Below, piece by piece: positions 36,256 through 46,496 of a stretch of 61,307 nucleotides of DNA. This DNA comes from Bacillota bacterium. Its GTDB lineage: Bacteria > Bacillota > Clostridia > Lachnospirales > Lachnospiraceae. Position 1 is the stretch's first letter. The number at the start of each line of letters is the position of its first letter. The DNA lies in the NCBI GenBank assembly GCA_023416695.1, contig JAEZGY010000064.1:1-61307 (forward strand). Direction: 5' to 3'. Position numbers and translations under genes: made by a program. Below the pieces are notes generated by a model, which worked only from the letters and a program-made list of their open reading frames with translations, did no database searches and had not been told where the DNA came from.

Positions 36256-37134
36256 TTACATTGCAGCTTCTTCAAGAAGAGCTTTCGCAAAATCTACAAA
36301 TCCGTTTACGGAGATACTAACGCCTGAAACAGCATCAGTTTTACCATTTTCGTCCATTGTGATTTTATCGATAGACTGATTTTCAACAACGTGAGCAGCT
36401 AAAGACTTAGCTTGTTCTGCCCAAGTAGGACCATTTTCAGTCATTACATATTCACCATCTAAACATAACTGTGTTTTGGATTTTCCTTCTTCGTTGTAAC
36501 CTTCATAGGAAAGAGAAGTGATTTTTCCACCTTCTACATTCATAGTCATTTCGAATAAGAAACCGCCATCAGCTTCTTCAGACTTTTTACTATAGGAACC
36601 ATCTTTTAAAGTTGTAGTTTTAGTAGCAGCAGCTTCTTCAAAAAGTGCTTTCGCGAAATCAACAAATCCGTTAACAGAAATACTTACACCAGCAACAGCG
36701 TCAGTTTTACCGTTTTCGTCCATTGTGATTTTATCTACAGACTGATTTTCAACAACATGAGCAGCTAAAGCCTTAGCTTGTTCTGCCCAAGTAGGACCAT
36801 TTTCAGTCATTACATACTCACCATCTAAGCATAACTGAGTCTTGGATTTACCTTCTTCGTTATAACCTTCGTAGTTAAGAGCAGTGATTTTACCAGCTTC
36901 AACAGTCATAGTCATTTCGAACAAGAAACCGCCATCAGCTTCTTCAGACTTTTTACTATAAGTACCATCATTTAAAGTAGCTGCCTCTGTGGATGGGCTA
37001 GCTGTTGGTGTTGTAGTAGCTTGAGCTGGGGTTTGAGTTGCAGTAGAATCTGTTTTGTTGCTTGAACAACCAGTTAAAACTGCTAAAGATAGAGCTGCTA
37101 CAGCAGTTGCACGAACTAATTTGTTTAGTCTCAT
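36256..37134 (-). CDS. Lipoprotein with two tandem FMN-binding domains (PplA-like extracytoplasmic flavoprotein)
   Basis: Lipobox LTGC, T/P/S-rich linker, then two ~110-aa repeats (DGTYS...GKIT.L.YEGYNEEGKSKT...DAV.GVSISVNGF) with the FMN_bind signature. GGAGGA RBS before ATG 37134. Confidence 0.65.
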   Translation of the reverse strand: MRLNKLVRATAVAALSLAVLTGCSSNKTDSTATQTPAQATTTPTASPSTEAATLNDGTYSKKSEEADGGFLFEMTMTVEAGKITALNYEGYNEEGKSKTQLCLDGEYVMTENGPTWAEQAKALAAHVVENQSVDKITMDENGKTDAVAGVSISVNGFVDFAKALFEEAAATKTTTLKDGSYSKKSEEADGGFLFEMTMNVEGGKITSLSYEGYNEEGKSKTQLCLDGEYVMTENGPTWAEQAKSLAAHVVENQSIDKITMDENGKTDAVSGVSISVNGFVDFAKALLEEAAM

Positions 37135-37295
37135 TATGAATTTCCTCCGCTTGTATGTTAGTATTATATGTGCTTGATTATTATAACAAGGGTGAAAATA
37201 TCTGTCAATTCTTTCACAATTAATTAAATATAACAAAAAATTATAAATATTAGCAAAATAATAAATATATTTTATAGTTATTTCAAAGTTTAAAT

Positions 37296-37332
37296 TCTAT
37301 TTTACTAAGTCTTTGACTCATAGTAAAATAGA
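37296..37332 (+). promoter_or_regulatory. Perfect 12-bp dyad TCTATTTTACTA-N13-TAGTAAAATAGA overlapping a TTTACT-17-TAAAAT promoter upstream of sbcD
   Basis: Read directly. It is not a Cheo/LexA box. Confidence 0.35.
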
Positions 37333-37363
37333 GCATAAGGGTAAAAAAGAGAGGAGAAACAGG

Positions 37364-38497
37364 ATGAAGTTTTTGCATTTATCAGATTTGCATATAGGGA
37401 AAAGAGTAAATGAGTTTTCTATGATTGAAGACCAAAGACATATATTAGAGCAGATATTAGAGATAGTTAAGAAAGAAAGTCCAGAAGCCGTAGTAATAGC
37501 TGGGGATGTTTACGATAAAAGTATACCAAGTATTGAAGGAGTAACCTTATTTGATTATTTTCTAACGAGACTTAGCAAATGTAATACAACGGTGATGTTA
37601 GTAAGTGGCAATCATGATTCTGCAGACCGGCTAAACTATGGTGGTAAAATCATGGAAAACAATAAAATCTACATTGCTGGTGTGTTTGGAGGTAAGGTAA
37701 AGCAAGTGGACCTTACAGATCAGTGGGGGGAAATAACCTTTCATTTACTGCCGTTTATTAAGCCTGCAATGGTTACGCCATTTTATGAAGAGGTTGAGAC
37801 CTATGAAGAAGCAGTAGAAGCTATTATAGGGGCAACTCCTGTAGATACTACAAAACGCAATGTATTAGTTGCCCATCAGTTTATTGTTTCTGGAGGAGAA
37901 AGTCCTTTAAGAAGCGAGTCAGAACTGGAATCCCTAGGAGGGTTAGACCAAATCGATGCTAGTGTATTTAAGGATTTCGACTATGTAGCCCTAGGACATC
38001 TTCATGGTCCACAAAGAATCGGTAGAGATACGGTACGCTACGCTGGCTCACCGTTAAAATATAGCTTTAGTGAGGTAAATCAAAAGAAATCAGTCACTTT
38101 GGTTACCATGGATGAAAAAGGTAAAGTGAGCTTCGAATTATTACCATTAAAGCCACTACATGACATGAGAGAGATTGAGGGTAAGATCGAAGAGTTAGTA
38201 GATTTTAAATATCATAGTATGGATTACATTCACGCCACCCTTACCAATGAAGAAAATCTAGTGGATCCTATGGGAAGGTTAAGAACGGTATATCCTAATA
38301 TTATGAAACTAGATTTTAAAAATAGTAGAACAGCGGTAAGGGATAATGCTAAGATGGCGGCCCAGGATGTTAAATCTAAATCCCCTTTACAGCTATTTGA
38401 TGAGTTTTATGAAATGCAGAACAATCAACCAATGAATGAAAAGGAATTAGAAATCATGACAAAGCTTCTTTTGGGATTGGCAGGTGAGAAGGAATGA
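37364..38497 (+). CDS. sbcD: Exonuclease SbcD (Mre11-like nuclease)
   Basis: MKFLHLSDLHIG, GDVYD and GNHD are calcineurin-like phosphoesterase motifs. AGAGGAGAAA RBS before ATG 37364. Confidence 0.85.
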   Translation: MKFLHLSDLHIGKRVNEFSMIEDQRHILEQILEIVKKESPEAVVIAGDVYDKSIPSIEGVTLFDYFLTRLSKCNTTVMLVSGNHDSADRLNYGGKIMENNKIYIAGVFGGKVKQVDLTDQWGEITFHLLPFIKPAMVTPFYEEVETYEEAVEAIIGATPVDTTKRNVLVAHQFIVSGGESPLRSESELESLGGLDQIDASVFKDFDYVALGHLHGPQRIGRDTVRYAGSPLKYSFSEVNQKKSVTLVTMDEKGKVSFELLPLKPLHDMREIEGKIEELVDFKYHSMDYIHATLTNEENLVDPMGRLRTVYPNIMKLDFKNSRTAVRDNAKMAAQDVKSKSPLQLFDEFYEMQNNQPMNEKELEIMTKLLLGLAGEKE

Positions 38498-41400
38498 AAC
38501 CAACAAAACTTGTAATGAGTGCCTTTGGGCCTTTTAAAAATGAGATTACCATAGATTTCACAAAGCTAGGTGGACAAGGGCTTTTTCTTGTGAGTGGAGA
38601 TACTGGTTCTGGGAAAACGACTATTTTCGATGCTATTAGTTTTGCTCTCTTTGGTTCCCCTTCAGGAGAAAAGAGAAACGAAGAAAATAATATGGCACTT
38701 CGAAGCCAGTATGCAGAAAAGACGACTAAAACCTTTGTGGAGTTAACCTTTTTGCATAAAGGAAAGGAGTATTTTATTAGGAGAAATCCTCAGTATATGA
38801 GGCCGAGCCTAAGGGGGACTGGTGAAACGCTAGAAAGCCAAGGGGCAGAGTTTGTTTATCCAGATGGAAGAAAAATAGTGGATTTTCGCAAGGTAACCAG
38901 TGCCGTTGAGGAGCTATTAGGTATTAATTGGGCGCAATATAAGCAGATTGCAATGATTGCCCAAGGGGAGTTCTTAGAGCTTCTAGTGGCAGATAGTGAT
39001 AAGAGGTCTGGCATTCTCAGAAAAATCTTTAATACCGGCATCTACGTTAACATTCAGGAACGGCTTGGAATTATGACAAATCGATTACGAGGGGAATGTG
39101 AGGAAATTACCAATCGTATTTTTCAGCATTTTCATGATGTACAATGCCCAAAAGACAATGGGCATTACGAATCGATTCAGGAGTTACTAAAAAATAAATG
39201 TATCTATGACACAGAAAAGCTCATAGCAATTATATCGGAGCTAGTAAGGGAGAGAAAAGAGGAACATAGTAAGTTAGCTGTGGAGTATAAGGGTTTAGAG
39301 GTAAAGCTATCAGACTGTAGAAAACGCTTAGCTCAGCTAGAGCAAATAAACAGCATGTTTACTACCTTACAGCAAGCTAAGGAGGAAGATAATAGGTTAA
39401 GTAGTAAGGCATCTATGATGGAAGAAAAGAATGAGAGGTATAAGAAGGGAACCATTGCTTTTCTCTACATCAAACCGTTAGAGGATGCTTACGTCAACCT
39501 GGCAAAGGAAGAGGAACGACTGAGTGCTAAACTTACCGAACTTAAGAAAGAGGAAGCAAGTCTAATAGATCTTTTGTCTTCTCTTTCCATCGAAAAAGAA
39601 AGTAATGAGAAGAATCAGCCGAGAATAGAAGAGTTAGCAGCGCTCTTAGTAAAACGTAACGAGGAAGCTACCAAATATAAGCAGATTGGAAGCCTAGAAC
39701 AGGAGAGGGTACGGATTAGTGAAGAGGTATCTTTACTAGACAAGGACCTTAAGAGAGAAAGACAACTTAAAAGTGACTTAGAGGAAAGTAAAATAATAGG
39801 CAAAGAAAAGCTTATGAGCCTAAAAGATATTGAGGTAAAAAAAGCCACAATAGAAGCAACATTAGAGCAAAAGGGGATCAGAAAGCAAACACTTACTACT
39901 CTAACCATACAGTTTAAGCAGATTATAAATGAGCAAGGGGAACTGGAAGAGTTAAAGAAGATTCTTCTTCAAAAAATGGAGTATTATAATAGTAAAAGCC
40001 AGGCCTATAATGAAGCAGAGCAACTCTATATGAAGGAATTAGCTGGTATTATGGCATCAAAGTTACAGGAGAATATGCCATGTCCTGTTTGTGGTTCCAC
40101 TTCTCATCCAAGTAAAACCCCACTAACAAGTGGTGCATACACAGAGGAAGAACTAAAAAGTTTGAAACTTGAGGTTGAGGCCGCCCATGAGGCAATGCTA
40201 AGAGCAAGTGAGAATTGTAGCAGTAAAACCAATACCTTAGAGTACAAGAAAGAAATGCTTAGGCAAGGTGTAAAGGAATTTAAAGAACTTGTAGAGCCAA
40301 CATTTGAGCACTCTTATGTGGAGCAATTAGAAAGAGTAAAAATCCAGCTTGAAGAAGAGATTTCTACCTTAAATAGAAGTTTTTTAGAGGCGACTGAGTC
40401 AGTAAAGCAAAAAGCTTTATTAGAGAGTGAGCAACAGTCTATAGAGGAGAAACTTACAACTCTTACTATTACAATTGAAGAAAAAGAAAAAGAGAATAGT
40501 ACCCTAAAGCAGCAGTTAAGTGCCAATGAAGCTAGTCTTAAGACCTTAAAAAATGAGGTTACTGTTGGGACTATGGATGAGCTTAAGGCTATCATCCATA
40601 AAGAGAAGGAAGAGTATGATAGTTTAAAGGAGCGCTTAGAAGTTTCTATTAGGAATCATCAAGAAGCGACTTTAAAGTTACAGCGTATAGAAGCCGTTCT
40701 ACATGATAACAGGGAGCAACAGACTGAATTAGAGAAAAAGGTTCATAAAGCTAAGCAAATCTATGAGACAAGCCTAATAGAGAGAGGTTTTACATCAGAA
40801 CAAGCTTATAAGATGGCGCTTATATCCGAGCAAGAGCTTAAGATCATGGAAGAGGAGATTACCTCTTATCGTGATCAGTGTATTAAGGTAAAACAGTCTA
40901 TAGAAGAACTTACAAAAGCTTTAGAAGGTAAGGAGCCTACGGATATCACTCTTATAAAGGAAGAAGAGCAAAGTATTATGGAAGAGAGTGAGAAGCTTTC
41001 TGAGCAGTTGGAGGAGATACGTTTTACAACGAATCAGAATGTGGAGATTCTCAATAAAGTAGTGTTAGCTTATAAACAGCACAAGGATAAAGCCGATGAG
41101 TTTGCTGTGTACGAACGATTAAGTAAAACTGCTAATGGCAATCTATCCGGAAAAGCAAAGATTGCCTTTGAACAGTATGTACAGGCCTTCTACTTTGATC
41201 AGATTCTAACTGCAGCCAATGACCGACTTAGAATTATGACAAATAGTCAATATGAGCTTATGAGGAAGGATGAAGCAACAAATTTAAGAAAAAATACTGG
41301 TTTAGACATTGAGGTAATGGATCATTATTCTGGTAAGGCTCGTTCTGTCAAAACTCTTTCTGGTGGAGAGTCCTTTAAAGCTGCTTTGTCTTTAGCATTA

Positions 41401-41649
41401 GGCTTAAGTGATATTATACAAAGTTTTGCAGGTGGAATTGAAGTAGACGCCATGTTTGTAGATGAGGGCTTTGGCTCCCTAGATTCCAATTCCTTAGAGC
41501 AAGCATTGTCCGCTCTAAATGCCTTAACCATAGGTAATCGCCTAGTAGGAATCATATCTCATGTAAACGAACTAAAGGAGAGAATCGACAAGAAAATACT
41601 TTTGGAAAAGAAAAGAGATGGAAGTATTCTAAAGCTAGATGTCTCTTAA
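38494..41649 (+). CDS. sbcC: Exonuclease SbcC (Rad50-like SMC ATPase)
   Basis: Walker A GDTGSGKTT, long coiled coil with a CPVCGS zinc hook, signature LSGGES, Walker B MFVDEGFGSLD. Confidence 0.85.
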   Translation: MKPTKLVMSAFGPFKNEITIDFTKLGGQGLFLVSGDTGSGKTTIFDAISFALFGSPSGEKRNEENNMALRSQYAEKTTKTFVELTFLHKGKEYFIRRNPQYMRPSLRGTGETLESQGAEFVYPDGRKIVDFRKVTSAVEELLGINWAQYKQIAMIAQGEFLELLVADSDKRSGILRKIFNTGIYVNIQERLGIMTNRLRGECEEITNRIFQHFHDVQCPKDNGHYESIQELLKNKCIYDTEKLIAIISELVRERKEEHSKLAVEYKGLEVKLSDCRKRLAQLEQINSMFTTLQQAKEEDNRLSSKASMMEEKNERYKKGTIAFLYIKPLEDAYVNLAKEEERLSAKLTELKKEEASLIDLLSSLSIEKESNEKNQPRIEELAALLVKRNEEATKYKQIGSLEQERVRISEEVSLLDKDLKRERQLKSDLEESKIIGKEKLMSLKDIEVKKATIEATLEQKGIRKQTLTTLTIQFKQIINEQGELEELKKILLQKMEYYNSKSQAYNEAEQLYMKELAGIMASKLQENMPCPVCGSTSHPSKTPLTSGAYTEEELKSLKLEVEAAHEAMLRASENCSSKTNTLEYKKEMLRQGVKEFKELVEPTFEHSYVEQLERVKIQLEEEISTLNRSFLEATESVKQKALLESEQQSIEEKLTTLTITIEEKEKENSTLKQQLSANEASLKTLKNEVTVGTMDELKAIIHKEKEEYDSLKERLEVSIRNHQEATLKLQRIEAVLHDNREQQTELEKKVHKAKQIYETSLIERGFTSEQAYKMALISEQELKIMEEEITSYRDQCIKVKQSIEELTKALEGKEPTDITLIKEEEQSIMEESEKLSEQLEEIRFTTNQNVEILNKVVLAYKQHKDKADEFAVYERLSKTANGNLSGKAKIAFEQYVQAFYFDQILTAANDRLRIMTNSQYELMRKDEATNLRKNTGLDIEVMDHYSGKARSVKTLSGGESFKAALSLALGLSDIIQSFAGGIEVDAMFVDEGFGSLDSNSLEQALSALNALTIGNRLVGIISHVNELKERIDKKILLEKKRDGSILKLDVS

Positions 41650-42614
41650 AGAGTGGTGCCACAAATGAAATTTAGTGCTCGTAATAGATAGAACCATCCC
41701 GTTAAAGTCAAGGCTCCTAGAGAAGTTGTAGCAACGATGATACTAGAAGTTAATACTCCGTCATTTTCCATGTTTTGTGCCATAATATAGCAGCTGACAG
41801 TAGTAGGGGAAGCTAGCATAATGAGCAGTGTAACTAATTTTTCTTCTCGAAATCCCATCATGCATGCAATTGGTATAAAGACAGCAGGAAGCATTACTAA
41901 CTTAATTACTGAGGCAAACAAGGTTGGCTTTAGCTTAGCTAAGGCCTTCCTGCCTTCAAAGCCTGCACCTAAGGCAAGTAGAGCAAGAGGGGTTGCCAAA
42001 GAGGCTATACTTGATAGAGTTTTATTTAGTATGTAAGGAAGTCTTATTTTGAGAAGGGAAAAAATAATTCCTGCTACGATTGCTAATATAATAGGATTCT
42101 TAATAATATTTACCACAGCAGTCTTTAGTTTCTCCCTTTTACATTTTTTCATGGATTCGTCATTGGATTCAAAGGTGAGAACAATAACGGAATAGATATT
42201 AAATAAAGGGACAGTGCCTATAATCATTAATGGTGCCATTCCAGAATCACCATATATATTTTGGATAAAGGCTACACCCAATACGGCAGCGCTGCTTCGA
42301 AAAGAAGCTTGCACAAAGGCCCCTGTCATACTGCTATCTTTGATAAAGAATTTGGTTAGTCCCCAAATAACAATAAAGCAAATGGTGGTTGCAACTACGC
42401 AAAATAAAACGAAATTGGTGTCCCATTTTGCGGTAATATCGGTATTGCCAAGGTCCATTAATAACATTATAGGTAGGGTGATTTTAAAGTTTAGGGTGTT
42501 GGCATTGTTTATAAATTCTTGTCCTAATATTTTTAAATGTTTTAGAGAATAGCCGAATACCATCATTAGAAAGATTGGGAGCGTGGCATTAAGGCTAAAT
42601 AGTAGGTTATTCAT
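41646..42614 (-). CDS. AEC family transporter (auxin-efflux-carrier/malate-permease-like)
   Basis: Ten-TM protein with a duplicated 5-TM architecture. AAAGGAGAG RBS before ATG 42614. Confidence 0.7.
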   Translation of the reverse strand: MNNLLFSLNATLPIFLMMVFGYSLKHLKILGQEFINNANTLNFKITLPIMLLMDLGNTDITAKWDTNFVLFCVVATTICFIVIWGLTKFFIKDSSMTGAFVQASFRSSAAVLGVAFIQNIYGDSGMAPLMIIGTVPLFNIYSVIVLTFESNDESMKKCKREKLKTAVVNIIKNPIILAIVAGIIFSLLKIRLPYILNKTLSSIASLATPLALLALGAGFEGRKALAKLKPTLFASVIKLVMLPAVFIPIACMMGFREEKLVTLLIMLASPTTVSCYIMAQNMENDGVLTSSIIVATTSLGALTLTGWFYLLRALNFICGTTL

Positions 42615-42804
42615 ATGTACTCTCCTTTCTTTGCACAATGGATTGTAATCCAAATGGAGAAGGAAGTCAAATTGAAGGTGCAAATTGGAGGAAGATTCTT
42701 AATCTTACAATTCAATTAAATTTTATTTAAGATGTAAAAAATGTATGAAAAGTATGGTATAATCCTAAAATATTGATAATAAATCCAAGTAAAGGAGAAT
42801 TTCC

Positions 42805-43818
42805 ATGGCAATTTTAGTGACTGGAGGAGCTGGATATATAGGTAGCCATACCTGCATCGAGCTGATAGAAGCTGGCTATGAAGTGGTTATTGTGGACAAC
42901 CTATGTAACTCCTGTGAGTTAGCGGTAAAAAGAGTAGAAGAGATTACTGGTAAGAAAGTGAGTTTCTATGCAGTAGATATAGCAGATAAGGAACATATGA
43001 ATGAGATCTTTGAGAAGGAATCCATCCAAAGTGTAATTCATTTTGCAGGGTTGAAGGCAGTAGGAGAATCTGTAGAAAAACCCCTACAATATTACAGAAA
43101 CAATATTACCGGAACCCTTGTGTTACTAGAGGTGATGAGTAACCATAATGTGAAGGATATTGTCTTTAGTTCCTCGGCTACTGTATATGGAAATCCTAAG
43201 ACAGTTCCAATCAAAGAGGACTTCTCCCTATCTGTAACTAACCCATATGGTAGAACAAAGTTGATGATAGAGGAGATTCTACAGGATTTATATGTATCCG
43301 ATAAAGAGTGGAATATCATACTTCTTCGTTATTTCAACCCAATTGGTGCTCATAAAAGTGGCTTACTTGGGGAAGATCCAAAGGGGATTCCAAACAATCT
43401 TCTTCCTTACATTGCACAGGTTGCAGTTGGGAAATTAGAAGAACTTGGCGTTTACGGGGATGATTATGATACAGTAGATGGTACTGGAGTAAGGGATTAC
43501 ATTCATGTTGTAGACTTGGCAAAAGGCCATGTGAAAGCCATTAAGAGATTAGATGATAAGGCAGGGGTTTCAATCTATAACTTAGGTACTGGTAACGGTT
43601 ATAGCGTACTTCAGGTATTACATGCATTTGAGAAGGCTTGTGGCAAAGAATTAAAGTATGTTATTAAACCAAGAAGAGCAGGCGATATTGCTACCTGTTA
43701 TGCAGATCCATCTAAGGCTAAGGAAGAATTGGGATGGGAAGCACTTAAGAGCATTGATGAGATGTGTGAGGATTCCTGGAGATGGCAAAGTATGAATCCT
43801 AATGGTTATCATCAGTAA
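42805..43818 (+). CDS. galE: UDP-glucose 4-epimerase
   Basis: GGAGYIGSH Rossmann motif, YGNPK and YxxxK catalytic motifs; full-length GalE-like. Confidence 0.9.
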   Translation: MAILVTGGAGYIGSHTCIELIEAGYEVVIVDNLCNSCELAVKRVEEITGKKVSFYAVDIADKEHMNEIFEKESIQSVIHFAGLKAVGESVEKPLQYYRNNITGTLVLLEVMSNHNVKDIVFSSSATVYGNPKTVPIKEDFSLSVTNPYGRTKLMIEEILQDLYVSDKEWNIILLRYFNPIGAHKSGLLGEDPKGIPNNLLPYIAQVAVGKLEELGVYGDDYDTVDGTGVRDYIHVVDLAKGHVKAIKRLDDKAGVSIYNLGTGNGYSVLQVLHAFEKACGKELKYVIKPRRAGDIATCYADPSKAKEELGWEALKSIDEMCEDSWRWQSMNPNGYHQ

Positions 43819-44034
43819 ATTACCAATGATTATTATGTGACAAAAGAGAGTCGGCTTATCAGTCGACTTCTTTACTGTATAGAAAATTGCTTTTAAGTTT
43901 TGATACAGCAAGCTTTTCTATATGACATACTGAATATTATAAGGGATAGTAAGTTGTTATTTTCTAAATATTAGGTTATAATAAAAAAGGAAATTCCTTG
44001 GAAGAAATGAGTAATACATAGTAGGAGGATGCTT

Positions 44035-45243
44035 ATGAGAAGCAACAACTTAGGTGATCAGATAAAAGATACTGTGCAGGATGCAATGGATGCAATGGAT
44101 TTTAGAAATTTGAATCAAAAAATCCAAAGTAGTGTTTCTGGTGCTGTTAATGATGTGAAGCGAGCGGTTGGATCTTATCAGAATAAGAATGCTGCTGGTC
44201 CTATAAAAAACCAGCGTAAGCAGTATTTTCATGAGCAGTTTTATAATCATAGCAATTACCAGCATAAAACGGACAACGTACAGAGAACTAGCACAACATG
44301 TTCTATCAATAAGCCAGTGGGTAAAGTATCTGGTATTGTCATGATTGTTCTTGGAGCTGTGGGAATGTTTGTTTTTGGTATAGCATCCTTAGTGCTGTAT
44401 TTCGTAGCTGAGCTTGTAAATACATTTTTTGTTTTTGGCCCACTAATTGCAATAACACTTTCTCTTTTTGTAGTAACACTTGGCGTGTTAATCAAAGGAA
44501 TATCAGTAAAGAGTAGGACAAAACGTTTTCTATATTATCAAGATAAATTAAAGAACAATAATTATTTTGAGATTAAAGAAGTGGCAACTGGCCTCGGTAA
44601 ATCGGAAAAGTACGTAGCAAAGGATCTTGAGCGTATGATTCAACTGAGAATGTTTCCACAGGGACACCTTGATAAAAAGCGAACCTGTTTTATTGGCGAT
44701 GATACTACCTATGAGCAATACCGTAAGGCGGAAATCAGCTATGAGGAGAGAAGAAAACAGGAGGAAGAGCAAAAGTTTAGAGAGGCTAATGCGTCAGAGG
44801 CGGAGAAGGCAGTTCTTCAGGCAAAGGCTTTGGGGGCAGATTATGCCACTCAAATACATGAGGCCAACGAGGTAATCACTGGGGAAGTTATGAGTCAGAA
44901 GCTAGACCGATTAGAGTTAATCATAAAGAAAATCTTTGAACATGTAGTAAAACATCCAGAACAGCTTTCAGAGATTCGTAAGTTTATGGATTATTACCTT
45001 CCAATTACGTTAAAGCTTGTGAACGTGTATAAGGATTTCGAGTACCAACCGATTCAGAGTGCTAACATAAACAGTAGTAGAAATGAAATTGAGAATTCCC
45101 TCGATACCATCAATAATGCGTTTGAGTCACTATTTGATGGTTTATATGAGAATGTTGCCATGGAAGTGGCTACGGATATCAATGTTTTAAATACTTTATT
45201 GGCCCAAGAAGGCTTGACGGGAAAAGATTTTCATGTAAAATAA
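44035..45243 (+). CDS. XpaC-like (5-bromo-4-chloroindolyl phosphate hydrolysis family) membrane protein, extended form
   Basis: Two central TM helices and a C-terminal helical region. It is placed immediately upstream of a TelA homolog, as in the xpaC-yaaN pair. AGGAGG RBS before ATG 44035. Confidence 0.45.
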   Translation: MRSNNLGDQIKDTVQDAMDAMDFRNLNQKIQSSVSGAVNDVKRAVGSYQNKNAAGPIKNQRKQYFHEQFYNHSNYQHKTDNVQRTSTTCSINKPVGKVSGIVMIVLGAVGMFVFGIASLVLYFVAELVNTFFVFGPLIAITLSLFVVTLGVLIKGISVKSRTKRFLYYQDKLKNNNYFEIKEVATGLGKSEKYVAKDLERMIQLRMFPQGHLDKKRTCFIGDDTTYEQYRKAEISYEERRKQEEEQKFREANASEAEKAVLQAKALGADYATQIHEANEVITGEVMSQKLDRLELIIKKIFEHVVKHPEQLSEIRKFMDYYLPITLKLVNVYKDFEYQPIQSANINSSRNEIENSLDTINNAFESLFDGLYENVAMEVATDINVLNTLLAQEGLTGKDFHVK

Positions 45244-45290
45244 ATTATTCCGACATAGGATAGAGTCGGAAGTAGAATGGAGGAAGTTTT

Positions 45291-46448
45291 GTGAATAATG
45301 AGGAGAAAGTATTAGAAAAGGAAACCCCAACATTAACCTTTGACCCATTTGGTGCAGAGGCTAAACCGTTAGATATTGTTGAAGTATCTAAAGAAGAGAA
45401 ACCTCAGGTTTTTGATGAAAGTACCTTAACAGCGGAAGAGAAGAAGATGGTGGATGAGTTTTCCACTCAAATTGATTTGACAAACTCGAATATGGTGATG
45501 CAGTTTGGTGCTGGAGCCCAGAAGAAGGTAGCTGATTTTTCAGAAAGTGCATTGAATAGCGTTAAAACCAAGGACCTTGGTGAAATTGGTAGTATGTTAA
45601 CAGATGTGGTTGTAGAATTAAAGGGATTTGATGTTAACGAAGAGGAAAAGGGTGGAATCCTTGGATTTTTTAAACGCAACACCAATAAAATAACCTCTTT
45701 AAAGACAAAATATGAGAAAGCAGAAGTTAATGTAAATAAGATTTGTCAGGCATTAGAAGGCCATCAGATACAATTACTTAAAGATGTTGCTACCTTGGAT
45801 AAGATGTATGAGCTTAATAGAACTTATTTTAAAGAGCTTTCTATGTATATCTTGGCAGGTAAGAAAAAATTAGCGTTAGCTGTAGAACAGGAACTACCTG
45901 CACTTCAGAAGAAGGCGCAAGAAAGTGGCCTTCCTGAGGATGCACAGACTGCCAATGATTTTGCCAATCTATGTAATCGCTTTGAAAAGAAGATTCATGA
46001 TTTGGAACTGACTAGAATGATTTCTATTCAGATGGCTCCACAGATTCGTTTAGTACAGAGTAATGATACTCTCATGACAGAAAAGATACAATCTACCATT
46101 GTTAACACGATTCCATTATGGAAGAGTCAGATGGTATTGGCCCTTGGAATTACCCATTCTCAAGAAGCTGCTAAGGCACAACGCCAAGTAACTGATATGA
46201 CCAATGAGCTGTTAAAGAAGAATGCAGAGACCTTGAAGATGGCAACGGTAGAAACAGCGAAGGAATCCGAACGTGGTATTGTTGATATTGAAACCCTTCG
46301 TATTACCAATGAATCTCTGATTTCTACTTTGGATGAAGTAATCAAAATTCAAGATGAAGGCCGTCAGAAGAGAAGAGAAGCCGAAGTGGAATTAAACCGC
46401 ATTGAAACTGAGTTAAAGAACAAGTTATTAACAATGAACAAGAGATAG
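45291..46448 (+). CDS. TelA-like toxic anion resistance protein
   Basis: Helical, 385 aa. LTFDPF near the N-terminus is typical of the TelA/YaaN family. GTG start with GGAGGAAG RBS. Confidence 0.65.
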   Translation: MNNEEKVLEKETPTLTFDPFGAEAKPLDIVEVSKEEKPQVFDESTLTAEEKKMVDEFSTQIDLTNSNMVMQFGAGAQKKVADFSESALNSVKTKDLGEIGSMLTDVVVELKGFDVNEEEKGGILGFFKRNTNKITSLKTKYEKAEVNVNKICQALEGHQIQLLKDVATLDKMYELNRTYFKELSMYILAGKKKLALAVEQELPALQKKAQESGLPEDAQTANDFANLCNRFEKKIHDLELTRMISIQMAPQIRLVQSNDTLMTEKIQSTIVNTIPLWKSQMVLALGITHSQEAAKAQRQVTDMTNELLKKNAETLKMATVETAKESERGIVDIETLRITNESLISTLDEVIKIQDEGRQKRREAEVELNRIETELKNKLLTMNKR

Positions 46449-46496
46449 TATTCCTTACAGAGTTTTAGCGTGTAGTGTTTGGAAAGGAGGAGTATA

